DNA from: Eledone cirrhosa
Taxonomy: Eukaryota
Length of the DNA stretch: 64,000 bases
Reading direction: 5' to 3'
NCBI GenBank assembly: GCA_964016885.1
Contig: OZ024743.1
Coordinates: 91,326,001-91,390,000, forward strand
The notes under the pieces were generated by a model. That model saw only the letters and a program-made list of their open reading frames with translations, searched no databases and was not told the origin of the DNA. Positions 1 through 13,420 of the stretch are shown piece after piece. Each line of letters starts with the position of its first letter. Within the stretch, counting starts at the first letter, position 1. Made by a program: the position numbers and the translations under genes.

Positions 1-600
1 GACAGCCAAAGCATGGGCTTCTCCACGTTCCCATCACTGTTGATGGCAAGGATCTGAAGCAGCAACGTGAACCGCTCTGCATCCCTGGATGATGAGATCG
101 TCAATCGTGTCTCTAGAGCAACTGACACCTTTGGCAAACTACATCATCATCTATGGGGTATTAGAAAACGAAAGTTGCAGTTTATCGTGCTGTGGTACAG
201 GCAACGGTGTTATACGTTTCGGAGTCATGAACACTTTATCGCACCCACATAAGCTTGATGTTTTCCAAAAACATTGTCTTCGCTCTATTTGTGGTTATGC
301 ACTCTCTGACAGAATCTCCAATGTCGATCTCTTCACAAGATGCAACATCAGTGGGATTTAGTCCTTTCTGATACAATCCCAACTCAGATGGACTGGTCAC
401 GTCCTACTGAGGACCACACACCTAATGTGTTGTTATACGGTGAACTTCATAATGGTGCTCGTTATGTAGGCAGGCCAATATTCAGATATAAAGACAAACT
501 GAAGTACAATCTTAAATCTGTGAACATACCTCTTTCTTTTGAAGCCCTAGCTGCTGACTGTGGAAAATGGAGAACTGTCTGACATGAAGGTGTAAAGAAA
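1..600 (+). mobile_element. Decayed RTE-clade LINE 3' fragment
   Basis: Broken frames with RTE C-terminal motifs: SLDDEIVNRVSRA..FGKL, LDVFQKHCLRSI, LLYGEL..G.R..GRP..RYKDKLK. Confidence 0.75.
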
Positions 601-1791
601 AACGTTTTTCTGTTCCGAAAATAGTCTAATAAGGATATTCACTCTATTTAATAATGTAAAACACTATACACTTTATCCTCTCAGCGCTTCGTATGTTCGA
701 AAGTTCGAGCTCAGCATACGATGTTTGTTGATATATATATATATTTTTTTCGTTGATAGCTTTTTCTAGCAAACACGACGGCTGGCAAACCCTTCAAGGA
801 ACCCATATGTCTGCTGGGCACACAAGCAATAGGACGTGTGTTTTTTCCTTGCAGCGACATATCAAACATATCGGATATCACCTGAGGATACCGTTCTCAT
901 AACAACAGCAAATACATCTAGATTGCATGGAAAACGATATAAGTAACCTCAGCATCTTATTTTGTCATTTTTATAAAATTCTCCACCGTAACTAAAAACT
1001 ACGTTTGTTGAGAGCGTTCTGCTGCTTTTACCAAAACAATCTCTTCTGAACATATATATTGATACGCATACATTTATATATACGAACAATCAGACTTGTA
1101 TTACAAGTATGTAACCCCCCCCCCCCCCCTCCCACACACACTTTCTCATATATTGATGTCGAGCAGACGTATTCATTTATTGAAAGAAAAATAAACGACC
1201 CCAAGAATATATTTCAATACAATCTTTGTTGTCTCATATATACACATAATGAGAATGCTCATATGTGTATATATTAAATGTACATGTACACTCACATATG
1301 TCTTTATTCTGATGCCTGAAGGTTAGTGGTCCATTGACTGCATTTTAGGGTGTTTGCGCTTGTTTAGGGTGTTTGCGCTTGTTTAGGGTATTTGCGCTTG
1401 TTCATTGGTCTTATTCTAGTTTGAACGGATGAACTTGTCTGTATGTCGGCACTTAGAAATCAATTCTGTTCTTGTGTTTATAGTGTCTGTTGGTTCAGTT
1501 CTCATTACAGAGACCACAGATATTCAAGCAGTGGGTTTGTGTATTGGGGGGGGGGGCTAGATCAACTAGTCAAGGGCTGAGGTCACCTGACAACATTACA
1601 GATGCTAATAACTTAGTCTTGGTCTTCACCGGGATTGTAATACCGATAAAGAAACGAGATATGGGAAAACGTGGCTCACAAAGGGCAACCATCTATGAGT
1701 TTCTAGATACAGCAGCAACAACAATAACAACAATAACAACAATAACAACAATAACAACAATAACAATAATAACATCAATAACAATAATAAT

Positions 1792-2213
1792 TGTTTCTAC
1801 TATAGGAACAAGGCCAGCAATTTGGGAGGAGGGGGGAAAGTCGATTAAATCGACTCCAGTTCGTGACTGGTACTTTATTCTATCGACGCCGTAAGGATGA
1901 AAGGCCAAGCTAACCTCGGCAGGATTTGAAGTCAGATAGTAAAGGGCCGTAACTTTATGCTGCAAAGCATAGTGTCCAACGCTCTATCGATACTGCCAAT
2001 CCACCGCCCTTACAGCAGTAAATATAATTGTTTCTACTTTAAGCACAAGGCCAGCAATTACCCAGTACATTACTGCTACTTTATTTTATCGACCCCGTAA
2101 GGATGAAAGGCAAAGTTAACCGCGGCGGGATTTGAACTCAGACTGTAAAGGGACGTAACTATGCTAGAAAGCATAGTGTCCAACCCTCTACCGATACTGC
2201 CAATCCACCGCCA
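1792..2213 (-). mobile_element. Two tandem tRNA-derived SINEs (Meta-domain-like family)
   Basis: Minus strand: A box TGGCAGTATCG..AGAG, B box GAGTTCAAATCC, then GCCTTTCATCCTTACGGGGTCGATAAAATAAAG..CCAG-like core and AT-rich tail. Confidence 0.8.
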
Positions 2214-2263
2214 TTACAGCAGTAAATATAAGGAAAATAGATGTAAAGCGTTTTTTTTTTCAG

Positions 2264-2492
2264 AATATATTTCTAAGTTAAACATATTGGTACTGTTCCA
2301 GCATGGCCCCGGCCCAATGACTGAAACCAATATTAGAGTAATATATTCAGAATTGGTATTTATTCTGGTTAGCGCAATGGTATTTTATCTGATGCTCTAT
2401 CAATTCTGAATATATTACTCTATTATTGGTTTCAGTCATTGGGCTGGGGCCATGCTGGAACAGCACCAATATGTTTAACTTAAAAATATATT
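2264..2492. repeat. Inverted repeat, ~92-bp arms, 45-nt loop
   Basis: 2264-2355 is the near-exact reverse complement of 2401-2492. Confidence 0.9.
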
Positions 2493-2509
2493 ATATAACA
2501 AAAGGAGGT

Positions 2510-2990
2510 ATGCGTAAAAGCCAAACGAGCTGTTTTTAATTCGGTATTCGTGCCAACCCTTGCCTATGGTCACGAATCTTGGGTAATCACTGAGAGAATA
2601 CGATCGCGAATACAAGCGGCCGAAATGGGGTTCCTCCGAAGGGTCTTCGGAGTAATGTTACTTGATAGAGTGCATAGCTCGGAGATCAGAGAGTCACTCC
2701 AGGTAGAGTCACTACTTCTCCGAATTGAAAGATCACAACTCTGATACTATGGGCAAGTGGTTAGAATGTGCCAGGAAAGAATTGCTGGACAGATTTTATG
2801 GGCAACCGGCAGGAGACACAGGGGTTGACACCGCGCAAGATGGTTGGATAACACCCATGAGTTCGGGTGGTTTCGCCTGGGGATCCAGATGGATTAGCTG
2901 GAGACGGTTGCTTCTGACAGGACCCGCTGGAGGGAGTGTTTGAGGACTCTGTCCCCACGACCCCCTCAGGAATAAGTGGGCGAGGAAGAA
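2510..2990 (+). mobile_element. RTE-like LINE 3' fragment (relatives at ~15255-15770 -, ~19036-19290 +, ~23590-23835 -)
   Basis: PTLAYGHESWV..RIQAAEMGFLRRV..IRESL..IERSQL; the same 3' sequence recurs at the listed positions. Confidence 0.8.
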
Positions 2991-3219
2991 GAAGGTATTT
3001 ATTCTGGTTCTTTACATTCTGCATTCAAATCCTGCTGAGGTCAACTTTGCTTTTCATCCTTTCGGGGTCATTAAAATAAAGTACCAGTCACATACTTGGG
3101 TTGATTTAATCAACTTTACCCTTCCCCCAAATTTGCTGGCTTTGTACCTAAAACAGAAACCAATATTTTTAGTGGATAATTAAATGACAACAAAACATTT
3201 CGACAGTGGGTCAATTAAT

Positions 3220-4529
3220 TTAATCAAACGTCAGGGTAGAGTCAGATGGTTTTAATGTTCCTATCTTTTCCGAACCCTGCCATCGAAGTTTCAGAGTGTC
3301 TTCTGTATCAAAGTATGAGAAAGGATCATCCATTATAAAGTCGTCATATTCTAGTTCACAGCCCTCTGATGTTGCATCCGACGAAGTCTGTATACTACGG
3401 GTCGGAGAAAGAGTTTTTAAGCTTCTAACACTCAGAGGAGTCATGCTTCGTGGAGTTTTATCTCCCCTTAAAAGTTCTGGACTTTGTCCGTCTGGCTTGG
3501 GATTACGTTGTGCATCGAGCAACCTAGGACTACAATCTAACGCAGGCCTCTTTTTTGCTGCCATAGGCGAAGCCTTTTTGAAAGGTAAGGTAATGTCATC
3601 TTTTACGAGGCTTGTTGGCCGTTTAGGTTTATTGTTAGTAGTAGTGAATGCAGTTGTGATATTTTTACCCGAGTGCATAGAATCTTCCCGACTGCTGCTA
3701 CGAGACAAAGTCTTGAGATCGTAATCTGATTTCTCCTGCAATGTCATTAAAGGAATACCGTCAGAATTACGGTTGCCTTTTGGCGTAGGAAGTCGGAAGT
3801 GTTTTGATTTGTCTCTTTTTTGTACTTTATCCTTGTCGCTTTTAGTTGACTTAGTTGATGATGTATCTGTTACACTGGCTGGTGATTTCACCAATGGCAT
3901 GTTGCCGTTAGTCTGTGAAGAAGATGGAGTTCCTGACGAACCGGGTATGACTCGTTCGCTTAAATCAAGATTTGAGCCTTTGTCGGTTGAACTTTTGCCT
4001 TTTGCTTTGCTTTTATATTCCACTGGATGGACTTTGGGTGATCGAACTTTTGATGACGGGCTTGAATTATGGCTGTTTGGACCCAGATCTATAGATATAT
4101 TACCCGGAGACAGTACTTCGGCCTTGGTTTCTATTTTTCTCGTGTGTCCCAAAAGGCTTGAAGCACTCGACACAGACGTATGAGGCGAAGCGAGCACTGG
4201 CGTGCCACCGTCTTGCTTTTTGCGTTTAGTACTTACAGATTTAGTGAGCGGGGCTTCCATATCATGTTCAATGGTAGCGTTTCCGGCAGCGCTGGTCGGG
4301 CTACTGGGAGCACTGCTTTTGACGTGATACGGACTATTATCGCCTTGTGAAGCGACAGTGTATTTATGCCATTGCTGCCCGTAGAAACGCTGGTAGATAC
4401 CACAGCCAACACTCACAGCTAGAGTCATCACACAAATGATGATACCAACAGCAACAACAGTATTTTCCCATTCAGGTTCTTTTACCATCAACGATCGTGG
4501 AACAAGGGCAGCAGCAGTTGTGTTGATAG
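3220..4529 (-). CDS. gogo: gogo/THSD1-like receptor, last coding exon: TM helix + long disordered cytoplasmic tail
   Basis: tattatttcag acceptor (phase 1) in frame with ORF 3220..4491; hydrophobic VVAVGIIICVMTLAVSVGCGIY, then S/P/K-rich tail ending ELEYDDFIMDDPFSYFD..FD-stop. Confidence 0.88.
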
Positions 4530-4533
4530 CTGA

Positions 4534-4566
<33 letters not shown>

Positions 4567-4568
<2 letters not shown>

Positions 4569-5654
4569 GACTAAGAAGCTATTGGCTATCTACAACATGT
4601 TCCACAAGAGGAGTGATGTCGATAGACTCTACTTAAGGAGATCTGAAGGTGGAAGAGGTCTTATCAGCATAGAGGACTGTGTTCAGATGGAGAAAAACAA
4701 CCTACACAAATACGTGACTGATAGTAAGGAGCCAATGCTCAGAATTGTACTGAAGGAGAGGAAAATAGACCAGGGGATGTCCAAGGAGGAAATAACAACA
4801 AGGAGAAAGAGCAGCCTTCATGAAAAATTTCTTCATAGTACCTTCTTTGAGAAAACTGAATTCAGGGATCCACAGACATGGAACTGGTTGAAAAGAGGAG
4901 ACCTTAAAAAGGCTACAGAAGGAATGCTAATGGCTGCGAAAGAGCAGGCCCTCAAAACGAAGTGGCTGAAACACCATATTTACAAGGAGGAGGCTAGCCC
5001 ACTGTGCAGGATCTGTGGAGAGAGAGAGGAGACTGTGGCTCACATTGTATCCGAGTGTAAACACCTAGCCCAGACTCACTATAAAGGCTGGAGACATGAT
5101 GTGATGGGCAGGGTGATCCACTGGCACCTATGCAAAGTAAACAATTTACCACATTCTGAGAAGTGGTATGTGCATAAGCCAGAGTCGGTGATAGAAAACG
5201 ATCAGGTGAAGGTGTTGTGGGATTTTAGGATACAGACGGACAAGAAACTGGAACACAATAGACCTGACCTGGTGGATTTGGACAAGGAAATAAGATCGTG
5301 CCTGATTGTGGATGTGGCCTGCCCATTCGACACGAGAGTGCAAGAGAAGGAGAGGGAGAAAATTAACCGATACCAGGACTTAAAGTGGGAGGTAAAAAGG
5401 ATTTGGAACTGCCATGAAGTCAAAGTGGTCCCGATTGTCATAGGCGCACTAGGTACTATCTCAAAAAGTTTCCAGGGATGGTTAAAGAAAATTGGCCCCG
5501 CCCCGCTTTTTGGAACACTTCAAAAGGCATGCTTGCTGGGAACAGCAAGAACCCTCCGATACGTCCTGAATATCTGAGGCTGCAGGTAGTGGCTTGATAT
5601 TCATTTCAACAAACTTTCCAGTTAACTAACATCAATGACGGAGACTCAAAGAAC
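4567..5654 (+). mobile_element. 5'-truncated R4/Dong-type non-LTR retrotransposon (CCHC finger + restriction-like endonuclease) in (AAT)n
   Basis: ORF 4582-5577: DVDRLYLRRSEGGRGL, CRICGEREETVAHIVSEC, RHD, RPDLV..IVDVACP..EKINRYQDL, PIVIGALG. Flanked by (AAT)n at 4534-4568 and 5655-5672. Confidence 0.88.
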
Positions 5655-6082
5655 AATAATAATAATAATAATTTCTACTTTTGGCACAAGGCCAGCAATT
5701 AATCCAGTGCATTACTGGTACTTTATTTTATCGACCCCGTAAGGATGAAAGGCAAAGTTAACCTCGACGGGATAAGGGTTTACATAAAGGAAAACATTAA
5801 GGACGATACAGGATGGTAGAAATTGGGTTTCTGCATATATAAAAGGAAACACAATAACAATAACAAAAAAAATATAAACAAAAAAATTCCCAATAGGGGG
5901 AGACCACCGTGGGTTACTCGTAGAGAAAGCTCACAGAAGCCACGGTCACCCTCACCGTTAGGGCAAGCTCTCTCTCCCAGTTGTCCCCCTTCAATACCAC
6001 AGGCACACGCCCAAGGCAGGCCCATTCAGATTGGCCATTCTTTGTTTCTCTCATCCACTTTTTAACAAGCTGGCTGGAATGC

Positions 6083-6565
6083 AGAGAGAGAGAGAAGGAG
6101 AGAGAGAGGGAAAGAGAGAGAGAGAGAGTGTGAGTGAGAGAAAGGGAGTGAGTGAGAGAGAGAGAGAGAGGGAGAGAGAGAGAGAGAGAGGGAGAGAGAG
6201 AGGGAGAGAGAGAGGGAGAGAGAGAGGGAGAGAGAGAGAGAGGGAGAGAGAGAGGCAGAGAGAGGGAGAGAGAGGGAGAGAGAGGAAGATAGAGAGGGAG
6301 AGAGAGAGGGGGAGAGAGAGAGGGGGAGAGAGAGAGGGAGAGAGAGGGAGAGAGAGGGGGAGAGAGAGGGAGATATAGGGGGGGGGAGATAGGGAGAGAT
6401 AGGGGGAGAGATAGGGAGAGATAGGGGGAGAGAGAGGGAGAGAGAGAGAGAAAGGGAGTGAGTGAGTGAGGGAGAGAGAGAGAGAGAGAGAGAAAGGGAG
6501 TGAGTGAGGGAGAGAGAGAGAGAGAGAGAAAGGGAGTGAGTGAGTGAGAGAGAGGGAGTGAGTGA
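6083..6565. repeat. (GA)n / GGGAGAGAGA purine microsatellite
   Basis: Directly visible. Confidence 0.95.
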
Positions 6566-6719
6566 TAGGGATAAGAGGAAGATTGTGAGGGGAGCATGTG
6601 AGAGAGGGGAGACGTTCGTGTGTGAGAGGGGGGGGGGAGAGGCTGTGTTATTCTCATTCTTCGTTTTTCTAATACTACAATAAAAATAAAGATTAAAAGA
6701 ATATTCCTAAATAACATAC

Positions 6720-7148
6720 CGGATATTGTGTAGTTTGCAACAAAGCCATAAAGGTAAGATTGTCCAGATCTACCGTCATCACTCATATGTTGCTGGATTA
6801 CACGGGAAGATGATGTATCGCGAGATGATGACGTCTTGAATTCGACGCGCATGTCGTTTGAGGAAGAAGTGACTGAATCAGGAATTCCTTCAACCTCACT
6901 GAATGCTATGAGCTTGGCGTTCGTTGCCAGACCGTCTCGTACTTTGATCCATTGAGTCGATGATCTTAGATTAGCATACTGGAACAGAAGTGTAATCCGG
7001 TGTCGATGAGCGACTCTAATAAACCATACACTTAAACCTGAGCATTCTTCCGTTGCTGTAATAAAACCTGTCTGATTCGACAAAACACAACCACAAACAC
7101 ACGAACCATTCGTTTTCACTGGTTTCAACGGCGTCCTTGGGGTTGTCA
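6720..7148 (-). CDS. gogo: gogo/THSD1-like receptor, CUB-domain exon
   Basis: CVCGCVLSNQTGFI..C..WFIRV..RITLLF..WIKVRDG..VTSSSNDMRVEF..GFVANY is CUB-like. tttctttaacag acceptor, TCCG|gtatgt donor, 429 bp, phase 1-1. Confidence 0.88.
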
Positions 7149-7373
7149 CTGTTAAAGAAAAGAAAAAAAAAAAAAAACATCAAGTGATGGTCACAGTTGT
7201 AAGGACTTTAATCATATATCTTCTGAATTAAAGTTGATATGGGGCTAAACAGCAACAACAACAATAACAAAAGGTCACATATTATATAATGTAGTCCTAG
7301 ATCTGGGGCTAAACAGCAACTACAAGAAAATGTAGGGCACACAGCATAGTCCTAGTAGTCCTAGATATATATT

Positions 7374-7922
7374 GGTTTCTGATTTAGGCACAAGGCTAGC
7401 AACCTCAAAGCGGGATTTAAACTCAGACCGTAAAGAGACATAACTCTATGCTGCAAAGCATGGCGTCCGATGCTCTAACAATGCTACCAATCCACCATCC
7501 AAATAATATTAATAATAATTTCTGATTTAGGCCAACAATTTTTGGGGAAGGGAAAGTCGATTAAATCGACCCTAGTGCATTACAGGTACTTTATTTTATC
7601 GACCCTGTAAGGATTAATGGCAAAACTAACCTCGACGGGATTTGAACTCAGACCGTAAAGGACCGTAACTCTATGCTGAAAAGCATGGTGTCCGACGCTC
7701 TACTGATTACTGCCAATCTACCACCCTAGTCATAGATATATAATTGTTTCTACTTTTGGCACAAGGCCAGCAATTACCCAGTAGATTACTGGTACTTTAT
7801 TTTATCGACCCCGTAAGGATGAAAGGCAAAGTTAACCTCGACGGGATTTGAACTCAGAATGGCAAGGGCCGTAGCTCTATGCGTCAAAGCATGGTGTCCG
7901 ACCCTCTACCGATACTGCCAAT
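7374..7922 (-). mobile_element. Cluster of three Meta-like SINE copies (others at ~5673, 8895-9512, 10636, 11762, 15805, 17583, 24005; plus-strand at ~3023, 10537, 16775, 17757)
   Basis: Repeated ggcacaaggccagcaatt..ttattttatcgaccccgtaaggatgaaaggcaaag..gggatttgaactcag..gccaatccaccgcc. Confidence 0.85.
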
Positions 7923-8052
7923 TCAATGCTTGCAAAAATAAGACTATATGGTTACAGCTGGAGCGCATTTGATGATATGTCTGCTCGATCAGAGGTCGAA
8001 ATAAAAAGCTACCCCCACAAAAATGACGATGATAACAAAAGCAATTAAATAA

Positions 8053-8400
8053 AGGAGGAGGGAATGGCTGTGAGGTTAAGGAGTTCACTTTGCAGTCACG
8101 TGGTTTCGGGTTCACTTTCACTGTGTGGCACCCCAGGCAAGTGTCTTTTACTATAGCCATGGGTTGACCAATGTCTTGTGAGAGGAATTTGGTGGATAGA
8201 AACTGTGTAAAAGCCCGTTGTATATATATGTTTGTGTGTGTGTTTATGTTTTCTGTTTCGTAATGTTCTGTAACTTAGCGGTTCGACAAATTAAGTACCA
8301 GACTTGAAAAAGTACTCCAGTCGATATGATCAACTAAATCTTTCAAGGCAGTGCTCCAACACGGCCGTTGCCTGATGACTGAAACCAGTAAAAGAATGAA
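8053..8400 (+). mobile_element. tRNA-derived SINE, second family (relative at ~21555-21930)
   Basis: Degenerate A/B boxes, ggcaagtgtctt core, internal (TA/TG)n, tail ..gactgaaaccagtaaaaga. Confidence 0.6.
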
Positions 8401-8661
8401 AGAATAAAACAAAACAAATAACAAAACAACAACAAAACAGCAATAAGAACAGCAACAACCAAACTAACAAAACAGCAAAAAAAACCCCCGCAAAACACCA
8501 AAACAAAACAAAACAAAACAAAACAAAACAAGAAAACAGAAACAAAACAGCTAAACAACAAGAAAACAGAAACAAAACAGCTAAACAACAAGAAAACAAA
8601 AACAAAACAGTAAAAAAAAACAGTAAAAAGGAAACTGAAAAACAGCAAAGAAATAACTCAC

Positions 8662-8838
8662 TCGTGCAATTTACGACGCAATCTTTCCATTCTACCGGTT
8701 CTCCTACACAGAAACGTCCTCCTTTAGATGGCGGAGGCTGGTTACAGAGACGGAAACGATTCTGTTTACCGTGACCACATGTGGTGGTACATGAAGCCCA
8801 CGGTGACCACTGGTTCCAGTTACCGTCTATTGTAAACA
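8662..8838 (-). CDS. gogo: gogo/THSD1-like receptor, thrombospondin type-1 repeat exon
   Basis: DGNWNQWSPWASCTTTCGHGKQNRFRLCNQPPPSKGGRFCVG is a canonical TSP1 (WxxWxxW, CxxTCG, RxR). Polypyrimidine tract + gtgacag acceptor, ACGA|gtgagt donor, 177 bp, phase 1-1. Confidence 0.9.
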
Positions 8839-10856
8839 CTGTCACAAAGGAGAAGAAGAGAGAGAATATTACAGTTTATTTACAATATCATAATTATTTC
8901 TACTTTTTGGCACAAGGCCAGCAATTACCCAGTGCATTACTGGTACTTTATTTTATCGACTTCGTAAGGATGAAAGGCAAAGTCAACCTCGGCGGGATTT
9001 GAACTCAGATCGTAAAGGGACGTAACTCATTGCGTCAAAGCATGGCGTCCGACCCTCTACCGATACTGCCAATCCACCGCCTTTACAATATCATAATGGT
9101 TTCTAATTGCGACACAAGGCCAGTAATTTTTTTGGAGGAGGAGGCAGAGAGGAGGGTGGGTGGGGGAGTCGATTATATCGAACTTGGAAGGATGAAAGGT
9201 AAAGTTAACCTCGACGGAATTTGAACTCAGAACTTAAAGAGCCGGAACCAACGCAGCAAAGCATATTTTCCGAAGCTCTCTCAATTCTGCCAACCCACCG
9301 CTCTAATAATAATTGTTTCTACTTTAGGCACAAGGCCAGCAATTTCCCCAGTGCATTACTGGTAATTTATTTTATCGACCCCGTAAGGATGAAAGGCGAA
9401 GTCAACCTTGGCGAGATTTGAACTCAGATCTAATAATAATGTTTTCTGATTTAGGCACAGGAGGAGGGGAAAGTCGATTAAATCGACCCCAGTATTACTG
9501 GTACTTTATTTTATGAGAGAAATGGGGAGAAGACAAGCTCTACACCGTTGGCCAGGAGTGGATTAAGTTTAAATATGACCCTCCCGTCGGCTGAAAATTT
9601 CGTCGGGGCCCTTGCGTAATATGTATGGAAGCCAAAAAATTAATTTGGGGACCCTTAAATATTGTGGCGCTACAGCCCAGTTGGACCCCATCTCTCCTAA
9701 TTCGTCAGTACTCTTGCCTTGGCGGTAGTATATCTCAGTTGCACCCCGCAGACAAGATGGCGAAGGTACTGCGGCGGAGATCAGGATCGCAATGTATAGA
9801 ATTAGCAGAGTGCTTCCCGACTGTTTCTATCTCATGAACAACTTTATGTTTTGATGAATTTTCTTACATACCCCATCCCGTTGTAATTACTCCCCTACCA
9901 GATTTTTAGACGGTGAGAATAATAATCAAAAGAGAGAATTGTTTATACTTAGAAAAGGCCCACTGGTTTGTGTATATTATGTTTATAACAAAGTACTTAG
10001 TTCACAGACCCCAGTATTACATTTGTGGACCCTAAGTAGTCTGTAGATCCCAGGCTGGGAATTAGAGGGTCAGAAATCGACAAGAAAAGGACTTGATTAA
10101 AACGTAGTGTTGACAAAATAACGAGTGTGGAAGAACAGTATGTAGCGTTGAAAAAATAGCATAGTCTGGAAGTAAAAATAACATGGAAAAATAAAACGTC
10201 GTGATAAAAATAATGTATGTCAAAAATAATACGTAGTATGGAAAAATAGTGTATGTAGAAGAAGAAATAGAGTAGTGTGGAAGAAAAATAACACGTGGAA
10301 AAAGAAATAGAGTGGTGTGGAAGAATAAAATAGTTTAAAGTGAAAGAAAGAAAAAACGTATATGCAAAGAAAGTGGAAAATAAAAATAGGAAGGGTGGAA
10401 AAATAGTTTATTTGGAAGAAAAAATGGTGTAGTGCGGAAAGAAAATGCATAAGTGGGAGAAATCTCGCCCTCCATAAAACACGAGAAAAAAGATCATAGT
10501 CCGAAAAATTTAATTAGTTCATTAGTAACTCTTAGTAAGGTGGTGAAGTGATAGAGTCGTCAGAATGTCGGATAGAATGTTTTACGGTATTCGTTCAGAC
10601 TCTCTGCGCTTTGAGTTCAAATACTTATTAATATTTGTTTCTACTTTAGGCACAAGGCCAGCAATTATCCAGTTCATTACTGGTACTTTATTTTATCGAC
10701 CCCGTAAGGATGAAAGGCAAAGTCAACCTCGGCGGGATTACTTATTAATATTACACTCTGCTTAGTACAACCCCAAACTACATACTGGAGACAGCGACTG
10801 CTCACTTTGGTGAACCAACAATAACTTGACGTTACAATCTCAAAACTATATATATA

Positions 10857-10935
10857 CAGGGTGTCCCCCAAAAATGTATACACTCTTGTATTAGAATGTT
10901 GTTGGAGTGTGCATACATTTTTTGGGGAAATCTTA
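10857..10935. mobile_element. Tc1/mariner-type mini-MITE (relative at 20052-20150)
   Basis: TIR cagggtgtcccccaaaaatgtatacactc / gagtgtgcatacattttttgggg, in TA context. Confidence 0.65.
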
Positions 10936-11512
10936 TATATATATATATATATACATATATAAAATGAAAAAAATTTAGTATTTGCGGATTTTAAATATTT
11001 TGTTAGTTGAACTTTTTCTGTTGAAAGGAGTCAGCTGCTATTTCTAGCTGTCGATAAGTCTATTCACACCACTGGCTTGACGCCGGCGCGATATGTATTT
11101 TTCCAAACCACATGTGCTTTTCGTCGTTATTCCTGATAATAGATAGTTTTAAATCTTCTCCTTTGCTGACAATCCAAGATTTAACATCTATGATTCACCT
11201 ATTAATGGTGAAATATATTTCTTCAATGGAATATATACAAAGGAGATTAATCATTATTGCAAGGTATCTATATGCAAGGTTCTCGTTAAATTTTGAATAT
11301 GTTACTTCCGTAACTATGTGTGTTTACACTCTTTACAAATTATCCTCTGTTATTGTTTGATATGTTTATTTTATATATATATGTCAATCGACTTTTAATT
11401 TAAATTTAATAAATGCTCAGATTTATTCCTTACAATATTTGAGCTTATTCTACAGGTGTGGCGCATGTTTCTGATATTCTTAGACATGACATCTTTAATT
11501 TAATTTTGTTAG

Positions 11513-11543
<31 letters not shown>

Positions 11544-12067
11544 AATACTGTTGGCTTCTTGCTACAATAATTTCTATACTTTTCATTTATATATATATAT
11601 ATATATATATTGGAAAATGTGTGAGATCCTTGGTACAGTTAGGTATATTTGAAAAAAAGGAAAAGAATGACTTCACTTGTAGTTCTAAATAATTTGATTT
11701 AATTTTATAATATAATATTAAGAGTTGGTAGATCTCTCTCTCTCTCTATATATATATATATAACCTCGACGGGATTTGAACTCAGAACGTAAAGGGCCAT
11801 AAACTCTATGCTGCAAAGCATGTTATCCGACGCTCTACCGATGCTGCTAATCCATTGTCCTTATATACACTAATAATACCGCTTACATTCGTATGCATTA
11901 GGTACATAGGTTTGGATATATGTATTTGAATGTACGCGGTATTACACCAATAAATCAAACTTTTTTTTATATGGGTCTAAATATGATTTGATAAAAGATA
12001 AAAATAATAAAATACTGTTTTCTTAAGCCGCATTCTAAAACCTCTGTTTAACTTCACACACACACGG

Positions 12068-12137
<70 letters not shown>

Positions 12138-12747
12138 TCTTGAGTGGGCGGATTGTTGTCTATCCGATTTGATACCGGTTTCACTTCAAAGTCCAACTTG
12201 CAATTTAATCATCTCCATGAGGTGGGAACACACGAACACACACACACACACACACCAATCAGTTACATTTTGACTACATTTTATAGTAACCACCTAGTAA
12301 CCAGAAAGAAATAGTGATCTGATTATTTCTTGACTGATATTCACCGATAACCGGATGTTTCAGTTACTAGGAAACAGAGTTACCCCCGTTTACTGGAAAC
12401 AGACAATAAGATATTCAAATGAAAAAGAATCTGTTCGATAATCCAATAGCTGATGGTGTGATAAATGTATGAGAGAGATAAATAGGTATGGAAATGATAA
12501 GTTTTATTTAGTCTCGAATCCACCTATACCCACCTTCTCTCTTCTCATATATGTTTTGACCTGTTTAGCTTGATTTGCTTTTTGGCTTAGGTGGTTGATG
12601 CTTTCTTGGCCACTTTTTCAGTTTTGAATGGCGTCTTAACATATTGTTTAGCTCTGGTTTTTTAACTATGGAGCGCTTACCAGCATTATTTCTGATTTTT
12701 GCGTTTCGTTTCGTCTTTTCTACCCGCCGAAATGCGATTCTCGCTAA

Positions 12748-12794
<47 letters not shown>

Positions 12795-12869
12795 TTATCC
12801 CGGGTTCAATCGGGACAAACCACAGTAAGTAAGGTACTCAATACATAGCAGAGTATAAATATTTAAATA

Positions 12870-12924
<55 letters not shown>

Positions 12925-13060
12925 ATACACACACTTTTAAATATAGAAATGGCTTCTGCAGGACTAGAACTGTTTCATTCGAAAGAAATCAACATTACTT
13001 CAGTAACGACGGCGACAAAAGTCCGATGACGGTCGCTGTGTATAAAATCCTGACTTAAAC

Positions 13061-13092
<32 letters not shown>

Positions 13093-13093
13093 T

Positions 13094-13350
13094 GGAAGGC
13101 GCATGGCTTAGTGGTTAGAGCGTTGGGCTTGCAATCGTGAGGTTGTGAGTTCGATTCTCAGACCGGGTGATGTGTAGTGTCCTTGAGCAAAACACTTTAT
13201 TTCACGTTGCTCCAGTTTACTCAGCTGTAGAAATGAGTTACAACTTGGCACCAGTGACGTCGCATCAGTGACGAGGAGAGGGGCGACTGCTTGAAAGAGA
13301 ATTTTCTAGGTGCAAATCCCATGGTCATTCGTGACCGAAGGGGGGCTTTA
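13094..13350 (+). mobile_element. tRNA-derived SINE, third family (relatives at 56243-56575, 63061-63390; related minus-strand element ~20890-21215)
   Basis: tggcttagtggttagagc A box, gagttcgattc B box, gtgtccttgagcaa.acacttt core. Confidence 0.75.
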
Positions 13351-13420
13351 CCCTATATATGTATATATATATATAGTGACGAAACATAAGTCAATTGCAT
13401 GAACTCATAATCCTTTATTT

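Noticed and set aside
1344-1402. TTAGGG-containing repeat as interstitial telomere
   Set aside because: It is a 19-bp unit x3 with a single TTAGGG each.
3296-4183. Plus-strand ORFs overlapping the last exon (and those antisense to the LINE/PLE ORFs)
   Set aside because: Antisense shadows of real coding frames, with no recognisable motifs.
5914-6719. Ser/Leu/Pro-rich extension of the CUB ORF
   Set aside because: Read-through past the gtatgt donor into a (CT)n microsatellite.
13094-13165. tRNA-like sequences (also 56243, 63061 and Meta-like SINE heads)
   Set aside because: Pol III A/B boxes continue into SINE bodies and no complete cloverleaf was seen.
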